In this document: piece after piece, positions 8,354-14,454 of the stretch | How positions within the stretch are numbered: position 1 is the stretch's first letter | Layout of the letters: each line of letters opens with the position of its first letter | Source: a virus | Taxonomy: Duplodnaviria; Caudoviricetes | IMG/VR virus record: IMGVR_UViG_3300032250_000248 | Location: 1 to 29,155 of that record | Strand: one strand, 5' to 3' | Length of the DNA: 29,155 bases | The notes under the pieces: generated by a model | What the model saw: only the letters and a program-made list of their open reading frames with translations | The model's database searches: none | What the model was told of the DNA's origin: nothing | Position numbers and translations under genes: made by a program

Positions 8354-8733
8354 AAGAGTTAGATTTATTTGAGTATTTACTGGACACCAAGTACCCTGAC
8401 TTGCAGAAGTCAGAAGGTATCTATGACTCCTTCGATTGCATCAGTCGTGACTCAGCTGCATACATAGAATTGAAGTGTCGTAACACCCACTATCCCACGC
8501 TATTGATTGAAGAGATGAAGTACCGTAAGCTGATAACACAGGCAGCGGAACGAGATCTAGTTCCGTTCTACATTAACTCGACCCCAGAAGGGGTCTTTTC
8601 TTTTGACCTGATGGAAGTGCCAGAGCCTGAATGGTTTAGTCATTGGATGCCAGCGACTACTGAGTTCTCACGTTCTAACAAGGTCAGTAAGTTAGTAGGT
8701 TATCTACCCATAGAAGAGGCGGTGAAGCTATGA
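8350..8733 (+). CDS. PD-(D/E)XK-like nuclease-fold protein
   Basis: FDC...YIELKCR...LLIE-x2-KY. ATG 8350 overlaps the sigma-factor stop (ATGA). Confidence 0.6.
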   Translation: MKELDLFEYLLDTKYPDLQKSEGIYDSFDCISRDSAAYIELKCRNTHYPTLLIEEMKYRKLITQAAERDLVPFYINSTPEGVFSFDLMEVPEPEWFSHWMPATTEFSRSNKVSKLVGYLPIEEAVKL

Positions 8734-8900
8734 TCTATGCCTTCAAGTGTGAGTGTGGTAGCACCAGAGAGATCGAACAGTCTATCCACGCTGAGGTCAT
8801 AGAGCCTATGTGTACCGACTGCCACAATTCTATGAGTCGTGTTTGGTCCTCACCTGCTATCACCTTCAAGGGTAAAGGGTTCTACAGTAACGGCGGATAA
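8730..8900 (+). CDS. FmdB-family zinc-ribbon protein (not in the ORF track)
   Basis: MIYAFKCECG...CTDCHNSMSRVWSSPAITFKGKGFYSNGG; the FKGxGFY signature is present. Confidence 0.85.
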   Translation: MIYAFKCECGSTREIEQSIHAEVIEPMCTDCHNSMSRVWSSPAITFKGKGFYSNGG

Positions 8901-8907
8901 GGCAAAT

Positions 8908-8940
8908 AAAAAACCCCCGCCGAAACGGGGGCTTCTTATT
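8908..8940. terminator. Bidirectional intrinsic terminator
   Basis: AAAAAA-CCCCCG-CCGAAA-CGGGGG-CTTCTTATT between convergent genes. Confidence 0.75.
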
Positions 8941-8947
8941 GGTGTGA

Positions 8948-9145
8948 CTATTGTTGTTCTGTCTCTTCTGAATTAATTATGCTTAGCTTCTCTTCAAAGT
9001 CGAGAAGTACTGACCCAAAGGTTGAATCATTTTTTTCTTGGTCGGCCATTACTCTTAATGCCCTGATACATACCTTCAACTGCCAGTTAGTTATCTCTAT
9101 CATTTGATTCCTCTTCCTTAAACTATCAACCAATTTGATTGACAT
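8948..9145 (-). CDS. AT-rich hypothetical protein, leaderless, moron-like
   Basis: Minus strand reads TGT-TATACT-tgtgtt-ATG. Gene is flanked by terminators. Confidence 0.55.
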   Translation of the reverse strand: MSIKLVDSLRKRNQMIEITNWQLKVCIRALRVMADQEKNDSTFGSVLLDFEEKLSIINSEETEQQ

Positions 9146-9269
9146 AACACAAGTATAACAAATGGGGTTTTGAGATTTTTTATTTTTCAGAAAACCCAGA
9201 CGGCGACACTCCGATAAAACTTAAATGTTATCTCCGACTTGACAGTATAAATCAATGGTTTTGCAAAAC

Positions 9270-9303
9270 AAAAAACCCTACCGCGGAAGGGTGCAGTAGG
9301 GTT
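9270..9303 (-). terminator. Intrinsic terminator of the leftward gene cluster
   Basis: Minus strand AACCCTACTGC-ACCCTTCC-GCGGTAGGGTT followed by a T tract. The G.U pair forms only on the minus strand. Confidence 0.8.
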
Positions 9304-9339
9304 CTTGTTACTCGGAAGAGGTGAGCGGTTCAGATTGTA

Positions 9340-9774
9340 TCAGTACCAGCCTCGTCTGTCGCTATGTCTGAGAGCGCGACACGCACTCCCTGAATAGCGG
9401 TGCTCAATGTATCGTAAACCGTGAAGGATCTGTAGTTCAGGTTCTCTACTACGCTCTCTAAGGAGTTGAGCAATTCCGAAAGCTGAACTAATTGGTTCTC
9501 CCTTAGAGTTCTTTGGGAAACCAAGGTGGTCGAAGCGGGATTCACGGGACCAAAGTCGTAGGAGGCACGATGCCTCTGCTTTCGTATATCCGAGAGCTCT
9601 ACTAAATTTGTATGCAGTTCGTTTATTCTCACGCTTCTCCTCCATTGTTGCCTTGGTTTGTACCACTATCGGTTTGGGTAAGGGTGATTCCCCTACTCTT
9701 TTCTCGTGCAACGATACGAGGACTAACAGTAGTACCGTTAAGATCAATCCACGCTTTGCCTTCTTGCTCATCAT
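9340..9774 (-). CDS. Membrane-anchored or secreted lytic transglycosylase (SLT-like)
   Basis: N-terminal hydrophobic anchor, LWSRESRF (catalytic Glu), SSAFGIAQ, QI-x2-GL-x-YI-x2-RY and terminal GWY. Confidence 0.85.
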   Translation of the reverse strand: MMSKKAKRGLILTVLLLVLVSLHEKRVGESPLPKPIVVQTKATMEEKRENKRTAYKFSRALGYTKAEASCLLRLWSRESRFDHLGFPKNSKGEPISSAFGIAQLLRERSREPELQILHGLRYIEHRYSGSACRALRHSDRRGWY

Positions 9775-9919
9775 TCACCTTCTCCTTCTCTAGCAATTCT
9801 TTGTATGCCTCTGGGTAGGCTTGCGCCAGCTTCACCAAGGCACGATCTCTTGCTCTTCGGTAGTTGCGGTAATAGACGGCTTGCTTTGCAGCACTCGCCA
9901 GTCGCTTCTCATTCTCCAT
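9629..9919 (-). CDS. Hypothetical protein
   Basis: GGAGGA SD before ATG 9919 (MENEKR...). Overlaps the transglycosylase gene by 146 nt. Confidence 0.65.
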   Translation of the reverse strand: MENEKRLASAAKQAVYYRNYRRARDRALVKLAQAYPEAYKELLEKEKVNDEQEGKAWIDLNGTTVSPRIVAREKSRGITLTQTDSGTNQGNNGGEA

Positions 9920-9992
9920 TGATCTTATCCTCCCATACAATGAGCACGTATGCCACCAGCATTATGCCTAATAGAGATATCCAATAGCTCAT
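9909..9992 (-). CDS. 27-aa single-TM peptide (not in the ORF track)
   Basis: MSYWISLLGIMLVAYVLIVWEDKINGE; ATGA-coupled to the upstream gene. Confidence 0.6.
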   Translation of the reverse strand: MSYWISLLGIMLVAYVLIVWEDKINGE

Positions 9993-10294
9993 TGGTTCAC
10001 CGCTAACACGGCATAGATTAGCTTGGTGATGTCAATGGGTTGGCCTACAAGGTGAGCGTCCTCGTCGTCACTCTCCCAACCCGACACAAGGATCCTGCAA
10101 TTGACAGGGCTATTGCGTAGGTAGCGGATAGCTTCGTGCGTATCGTTGCCACCCCAGATCGCATCCCCCTTCTCATCTACAATTTCGTATAGATTCACCA
10201 GCGGGGATACGCGTGGGTGGAATGCGATTACTCTGTCGTCTGGATCCCCTAAGAATGGTTCTCCGTTGCTATCGAAGCGTAGCACTCTACTCAT
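9989..10294 (-). CDS. Hypothetical protein
   Basis: GAAGGGAG SD, part of a chain of coupled ORFs. Confidence 0.7.
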   Translation of the reverse strand: MSRVLRFDSNGEPFLGDPDDRVIAFHPRVSPLVNLYEIVDEKGDAIWGGNDTHEAIRYLRNSPVNCRILVSGWESDDEDAHLVGQPIDITKLIYAVLAVNQ

Positions 10295-10454
10295 TGTCTC
10301 CCTTCCCTTCTGAATAGGCCTCGACCATTGATAAGGCGTAGGTCATACGCATTAGATTCATCCCCGCCTCCTTCTCTGTCTCCTCTTCTTGGATCTGAAC
10401 CAAGGCTAGATCTCTACATAATTCTGCCTTAGCTTGCCAGTATTCTTTATTCAT
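10287..10454 (-). CDS. 55-aa hypothetical protein (not in the ORF track)
   Basis: MNKEYWQAKAELCRDL...; TAATG coupling and GAGGGAG SD. Confidence 0.65.
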   Translation of the reverse strand: MNKEYWQAKAELCRDLALVQIQEEETEKEAGMNLMRMTYALSMVEAYSEGKGDNE

Positions 10455-10588
10455 TACTCTCTCCCTCTTGCCTTAATAGCCCACACTGGCGGGTTTGCCA
10501 GTAGGTTTGCTAGCTCCTGCGTGTGCTCGGTGCATATTGTGAGCACTTCGGCTTCGATATAGCACTCACACTTTATGACTTCACTCAT
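10454..10588 (-). CDS. 44-aa Cys/His protein (not in the ORF track)
   Basis: MSEVIKCEC...ICTEH...; GAGGGAG SD. Confidence 0.6.
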   Translation of the reverse strand: MSEVIKCECYIEAEVLTICTEHTQELANLLANPPVWAIKARGRE

Positions 10589-10730
10589 TACTCTCCCTCT
10601 CTCTTATTACGCAAGGTGGGCAGATATTGCCCCCCTCTTCCTCTTGCTGATCGAAATACTCTTCACACTCTGCACACTTGATCTCATTAAGTACGTGATT
10701 GGACCAAGGATCGCCGTCGTAGTATCCCAT
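10581..10730 (-). CDS. 49-aa CxxC...CxxC zinc-finger protein (not in the ORF track)
   Basis: MGYYDGDPW...CAEC...CPPC; TAATG coupling. Confidence 0.6.
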   Translation of the reverse strand: MGYYDGDPWSNHVLNEIKCAECEEYFDQQEEEGGNICPPCVIRERESNE

Positions 10731-10972
10731 TACTCACCTTCCTCCTCTTTAATCTCCTTCACCACGTCATTCACGGCCTTCTCTGGCGTATCCGAAGATA
10801 GTGTGATCTTAGATAGTGCCTCGCCTAACGCCGTGCGCCAATTGCTTCCCTCACCCGAAGCCAAGGGAGTAGGTTCGCCACCGCTGAAGTCAAATAGCTC
10901 TACTTTATTCCACTTAGATCCAGCTTGGATCACTACCGTTACCACGTGCGTTACTGATGTCTCTTCATTCAT
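10730..10972 (-). CDS. Hypothetical acidic protein
   Basis: AAGGAGG SD and TAATG coupling. Confidence 0.7.
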   Translation of the reverse strand: MNEETSVTHVVTVVIQAGSKWNKVELFDFSGGEPTPLASGEGSNWRTALGEALSKITLSSDTPEKAVNDVVKEIKEEEGE

Positions 10973-11112
10973 TACTTACCCTCCTTCGGGCAATCGTCAT
11001 ATGGGTTATCGTTACCTTCATTATCTTCACACGTGCAGAAATTAAACCGCTCCACTTGGGTAGCGTGTGTCAATTCTGCCAGCTCACTCCAGTACATAGT
11101 GTCTTGATCCAT
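10972..11112 (-). CDS. 46-aa acidic Cys-containing protein (not in the ORF track)
   Basis: MDQDTMYWSELAELTHATQVERFNFCTCED...; TAATG coupling on both sides. Confidence 0.65.
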   Translation of the reverse strand: MDQDTMYWSELAELTHATQVERFNFCTCEDNEGNDNPYDDCPKEGK

Positions 11113-11399
11113 TACTTTCCCTCCTCTTCTATTGCCGATACGTGGATAGGCGGGAATTCGCCTAAACCTTCAAGCCAGATCTCTTCGTCGCCTAGTAGTA
11201 GTGCCACGTTCGTAGAGTGAGCGAAATTAATAGGATCAATTCCAAGCTCTCCACGAATAGCCTCGTTAGCTCTATCTTCTGCCAGCTCACGGGCCTCATC
11301 ACTTAGGTTACCCGTCGTATCGTCTAGATCAATAGAGATACGGGTAGTAAGGCTCCAATAGTTACCCGTGAAGATAACGTTATAGTCGTACTCACTCAT
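11112..11399 (-). CDS. Hypothetical acidic protein
   Basis: GGAGG SD and TAATG coupling. Confidence 0.7.
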   Translation of the reverse strand: MSEYDYNVIFTGNYWSLTTRISIDLDDTTGNLSDEARELAEDRANEAIRGELGIDPINFAHSTNVALLLGDEEIWLEGLGEFPPIHVSAIEEEGK

Positions 11400-11587
11400 T
11401 ATCTACCCTCCGTAATCTCTACTCTTATACACTCTTCTAAGTCATTCATTTTTACCATTTCATAGATCCATTCGATCATTTGCTCTATGGCATATTCTTC
11501 TGCCTCTTGATTACTATTAATCTCCAAGCCCATTTCAATTTCAGAATCTATATCAATGGTGAGAGATAAGGTCGCCTTGGCCTTCAT
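11399..11587 (-). CDS. Hypothetical acidic protein
   Basis: AAGGTGA SD and TAATG coupling. Confidence 0.7.
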   Translation of the reverse strand: MKAKATLSLTIDIDSEIEMGLEINSNQEAEEYAIEQMIEWIYEMVKMNDLEECIRVEITEGR

Positions 11588-11931
11588 TATGCGCTCACCT
11601 TCTCCTTATTAAGATCCAATAGTTGATCTACGAGATCGCGTACCGAATCAATGGCGCTATCGTGCGCCTTCACCATAGAATCACCATTGAATCGAATAGC
11701 CTCTACCTTGCCAGCTAATTGATTAAGGCTAGTGTGTACCGTGCTCTTCTCGAAGTAGATCCCCGAAGTACCACTCTCTTCTATCGTACACTCCTTGATT
11801 ATGCTCCAATAAACCTTCTTATTCTTATCGTGATAGGTGTACACCTTCACCCGATAGTTATTATCTAACGTCCACGTATCTACACACTTACGCGATACGT
11901 GATTCAAGAATCTCTCGTGCTTGGTATTCAT
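11587..11931 (-). CDS. Hypothetical protein
   Basis: 114-aa ORF following a structured leader with GGAAGGGG SD. Confidence 0.7.
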   Translation of the reverse strand: MNTKHERFLNHVSRKCVDTWTLDNNYRVKVYTYHDKNKKVYWSIIKECTIEESGTSGIYFEKSTVHTSLNQLAGKVEAIRFNGDSMVKAHDSAIDSVRDLVDQLLDLNKEKVSA

Positions 11932-12020
11932 TACTTACCCCTTCCAAGGTATTTATTAGGGCGATTCACCCTCCCCTCCCCTCCACGTCTGCCCGTGGAG
12001 GAGAAGAGATAGCTAACCGC
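11932..12020 (-). promoter_or_regulatory. Structured intergenic leader, copy 1
   Basis: About 16-bp stem whose G.U pairs form only on the minus strand, then a UACCUU-GGAA-GGGGUA hairpin over the SD. Confidence 0.6.
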
Positions 12021-12047
12021 TATTGCCTTACCTTACCGTATCTTAGC

Positions 12048-12173
12048 CTATAAGTATTCGAATAGATCACCGTCTCCGATTATATCTTCTATGTCGGATA
12101 GATCATAAGGATCCTCGCCATAGATTAGATCATTCAATTGTGTGACGATCTCCTCCTTCGTATCTCCTATCAC
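12048..12173 (-). CDS. 41-aa very acidic protein (not in the ORF track)
   Basis: MIGDTKEEIVTQLNDLIYGEDPYDLSDIEDIIGDGDLFEYL; GTGA coupling and GAGGGG SD. Confidence 0.6.
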   Translation of the reverse strand: MIGDTKEEIVTQLNDLIYGEDPYDLSDIEDIIGDGDLFEYL

Positions 12174-12367
12174 TCTTCCCCCTCCTCTCCACAATCGCAT
12201 AAGTGTCCACACGTATAGCATACGTACGTGCCAGATAGGTGAGTGTGGTAACCGTATCGCCTCTCACCCTCTACTTCTAAGTAGAATCTATCGTTATCGT
12301 CTAGGAGCGTAGCTCCTTGGATATCACGCTCACGGCGTAAGGTAGTGGCCCCGTTATTCACTTTCAC
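12170..12367 (-). CDS. Hypothetical Cys/His-rich protein
   Basis: HTH...CYTCGHLCDC. Start could be GTG 12367 or GTG 12361. Confidence 0.65.
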   Translation of the reverse strand: MKVNNGATTLRRERDIQGATLLDDNDRFYLEVEGERRYGYHTHLSGTYVCYTCGHLCDCGEEGEE

Positions 12368-12497
12368 TCCCTTCTAATACTTCAATGCGATCCATAATAA
12401 GATCTAAGAGAATACAATAATCGGCGGGGTTATCGAAGATAGGGTTAGCTCTAACCCTCCAATACTCCTCGCGTAACACTTCTAATTCTCTACTCAC
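12354..12497 (-). CDS. 47-aa hypothetical protein (not in the ORF track)
   Basis: MSRELEVLREEYWRV...; overlaps both neighbours, GGTGA SD. Confidence 0.6.
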   Translation of the reverse strand: MSRELEVLREEYWRVRANPIFDNPADYCILLDLIMDRIEVLEGSESE

Positions 12498-12588
12498 TCT
12501 TCTCACCCTTCTCTTCGTAGGATCCGACGGGGATAATCTGCAAGATCCCCGCCTCTTGCAATGCCTTCAATAGCTCTTGGTTACTCAC
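12490..12588 (-). CDS. 32-aa peptide (not in the ORF track)
   Basis: MSNQELLKALQEAGILQIIPVGSYEEKGEKSE; GTGA coupling. Confidence 0.55.
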   Translation of the reverse strand: MSNQELLKALQEAGILQIIPVGSYEEKGEKSE

Positions 12589-12680
12589 TCTTCACCCTCT
12601 CTCTCTTTATCGGGATGCGTACAATAATTGCCCGCCGTCAATCGCCCGCACACGGGACACTTAATGAAAGTGTTACTCAC
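12585..12680 (-). CDS. 31-aa CxxC...CxH peptide (not in the ORF track)
   Basis: MSNTFIKCPVCGRLTAGNYCTHPDKEREGEE; GTGA coupling. Confidence 0.55.
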   Translation of the reverse strand: MSNTFIKCPVCGRLTAGNYCTHPDKEREGEE

Positions 12681-12832
12681 GCGCTCACCTTCTCCTTCTC
12701 GCCTAATTGGATCCCCGCCAAGGCGTAGGCCTTCACGATAGCCTTCACCCGTGGCGCGGTTAGATCCGCGCTCACGATTTCTTCACCCGTAGATAGATCC
12801 ACGAGGCTCACCCTATTCTTCTCGTACTTCAT
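12677..12832 (-). CDS. 51-aa hypothetical protein (not in the ORF track)
   Basis: MKYEKNRVSLVDLSTGEEIVSADL...; follows the structured leader with GGAAGGGG SD. Confidence 0.65.
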   Translation of the reverse strand: MKYEKNRVSLVDLSTGEEIVSADLTAPRVKAIVKAYALAGIQLGEKEKVSA

Positions 12833-12915
12833 TAGATAACCCCTTCCAAGGTTTAGATTCTGCCCCTAGTGGCAGACTACCCCGCACGGCTCACGCCGTG
12901 CGAGATAGTACGCTC
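12833..12915 (-). promoter_or_regulatory. Structured intergenic leader, copy 2
   Basis: 15-bp stem with GUGA tetraloop, a second small hairpin, then AACCUU-GGAA-GGGGUU over the SD. 14 bp are identical to copy 1. Confidence 0.6.
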
Positions 12916-13056
12916 CTAGTTACACTTCACCATTGACCCGACGCAGATCCCCTCCTCCGTGATCCATACGTGGCCCGTTACCCAATAGAGGCCCGCGATT
13001 AGAAGGCCGACGGCCACGCCTAACACGAAGGCCCCGCGCTTGGTTAGATTCTCCAC
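12916..13056 (-). CDS. 46-aa membrane protein (not in the ORF track)
   Basis: MENLTKRGAFVLGVAVGLLIAGLYWVTGHVW...C...C; GGAGG SD. Confidence 0.65.
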   Translation of the reverse strand: MENLTKRGAFVLGVAVGLLIAGLYWVTGHVWITEEGICVGSMVKCN

Positions 13057-13058
13057 GG

Positions 13059-13460
13059 TTAGGCCTCCTCTATCTCTAACATCATCAAGGCGTAACGCCA
13101 GATAGGTGAGTCTTCGGATACTTCACGACGTGCGCCGTCGTACCAATCTTGAAAGACATAATCAATGCGACGGATCCCGTCGCCGTCGTGATGTACTTCG
13201 ATCCAATCGGCGGGGCCTCCTCCGCTCCACGTGAAGCGGGTCACCTTATGAGTGTCGGATCCGTACGCCATTGTGTAGATCTCATCACTGGCCCCGTCGC
13301 GCTCCTCTTCGGTAGAAGTGCAGTCTTTATCGTCGAAGATAGTAAAGATCGTGTCTAAATAAAATTCGCGCTCTTTCAATTCACTTTCAATTCTTGCTTC
13401 ACAATTCTTATTTTTGATCTCTTCTAATTGTGCGCCTAATTCATTAAGTGTAGTACTCAT
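13059..13460 (-). CDS. Hypothetical acidic early protein
   Basis: 133 aa with WSGGGPADW and YVFQDWYDGA motifs; TAATG coupling. Confidence 0.75.
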   Translation of the reverse strand: MSTTLNELGAQLEEIKNKNCEARIESELKEREFYLDTIFTIFDDKDCTSTEEERDGASDEIYTMAYGSDTHKVTRFTWSGGGPADWIEVHHDGDGIRRIDYVFQDWYDGARREVSEDSPIWRYALMMLEIEEA

Positions 13461-13633
13461 TATTTAAGATCCTTTACGATAGTTTCCAATTCACCAATAC
13501 ACCAAGCGATCTCATCACTAGATTCTGGCGCTTCTAGAATTTCAATCACCTTCATTAATTTATTGCAGATCTCTTCATCACGTACCAAGCGGTTAAGAAG
13601 ATTCTTAACGTGATAGTTATTTGTCTCTAACAT
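13460..13633 (-). CDS. 57-aa hypothetical protein, first gene of the leftward cluster (not in the ORF track)
   Basis: MLETNNYHVKNLLNRL...; GGAAGGA SD. Confidence 0.65.
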   Translation of the reverse strand: MLETNNYHVKNLLNRLVRDEEICNKLMKVIEILEAPESSDEIAWCIGELETIVKDLK

Positions 13634-13684
13634 AATTTAGATCCTTCCAATTAAGCGAGGAGGGAGATCCTCTTCACTAGGTAA

Positions 13685-13730
13685 ACCTTAACATACGTTA
13701 CCGTATAGGGAAGGGATTGGAGGGGGTCAA
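13685..13730 (-). promoter_or_regulatory. Putative housekeeping-sigma early promoter(s)
   Basis: TTGACC-N17-TATACG (13730-13702), plus a second TGT-TAAGGT extended -10 box (13693-13685). Confidence 0.55.
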
Positions 13731-13744
13731 TTTCACGCCTATTC

Positions 13745-14075
13745 TTCGAAGCTTCGGAGATCCAAGGCGAGGCAGATCCAAGGCCCGAAGGGATAAGGCG
13801 GGGCCAGATCCAAGGGAAGAGGCGGGGCCGAAGGCTTGGCCCGTAACCCTTGGCCCGTGGATCAATAGAGGCGAGGCGGGGAAGGATCGAAGGCGCGAGG
13901 CGTAGGCCGTAGATCCTTGGCCGATTCGTTAGGCGGTTTATTAATTCGGGTTAGGGTAATTGGTACGGGGATCCCCCGCCAGAAGGGGAGCCTACCCTGC
14001 GGAGATTCCTAACCGTACGGTACGGGGCAGAAGGGAGGCCGTCGGCTACGGTACGGGCCACGGTTACGGCGAGAA
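13745..14075. repeat. G-rich non-coding tract of short degenerate repeats
   Basis: AGATCCAAGG three times (about 13758, 13774, 13806), AGGCGGGG three times and several TACGG copies. Confidence 0.65.
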
Positions 14076-14138
14076 GACCCCTAGGTGTTAAACTATGTAC
14101 CGAGTGTGTGTATGTACCCACTACAGATATATTTCCTA

Positions 14139-14201
14139 AAGTGAACCCAGTCACTTATTAATGTCCTAGTTTGTACCATATTTGTAGTGACGTTAGTCAC
14201 A
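14139..14201. promoter_or_regulatory. Two CRP/GlxR-like palindromes
   Basis: GTGA-N6-TCAC at 14141-14154 and 14187-14200. Confidence 0.5.
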
Positions 14202-14454
14202 ATATATAAATACTTTATACCATAGGCAGGAAATGAGCTTTTTTTCCTGCCTTATATACAGTAGGGGCGGTAAATGTGATAGCCCCGTACCGACTCGCTA
14301 CGGTTACCCTACGCGAGTCCCTAGGATGAGTACCAACTTACCCCTCGCTTCGCTGTGGCTCGCTCAGGAGCTTACGGTATCCGTGGTTGTGCAGAGCACA
14401 ACTTTTAATCGGGTGTAGTCTATCACTTAACCCAATGATAATACTGGAGATCCA

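Noticed and set aside
9239-9252. TTGACA next to TATAAA as a sigma70 promoter
   Set aside because: The two boxes are 1 nt apart, which is incompatible with -35/-10 spacing.
10575-11220. Plus-strand ORFs 10575..11045 and 10957..11220
   Set aside because: They are antisense shadows of a tightly coupled minus-strand gene chain.
11587-12700. Shared C-terminal KEKVSA and GEE/GGE-like tails as degron or Pup mimics
   Set aside because: They are explained by the overlapping SD (GAGAAGGTGA) of the next gene, and no ORF ends in a true GGE or GGQ.
13745-13920. AGATCCAAGG repeats as a mini-CRISPR array
   Set aside because: The repeats are only about 10 bp with irregular short spacing.
13717-14418. ORFs 13717..13905, 13951..14154 and 14233..14418
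   Set aside because: No convincing SD or coupling, the translations look like by-products of repeats, and they overlap regulatory motifs.
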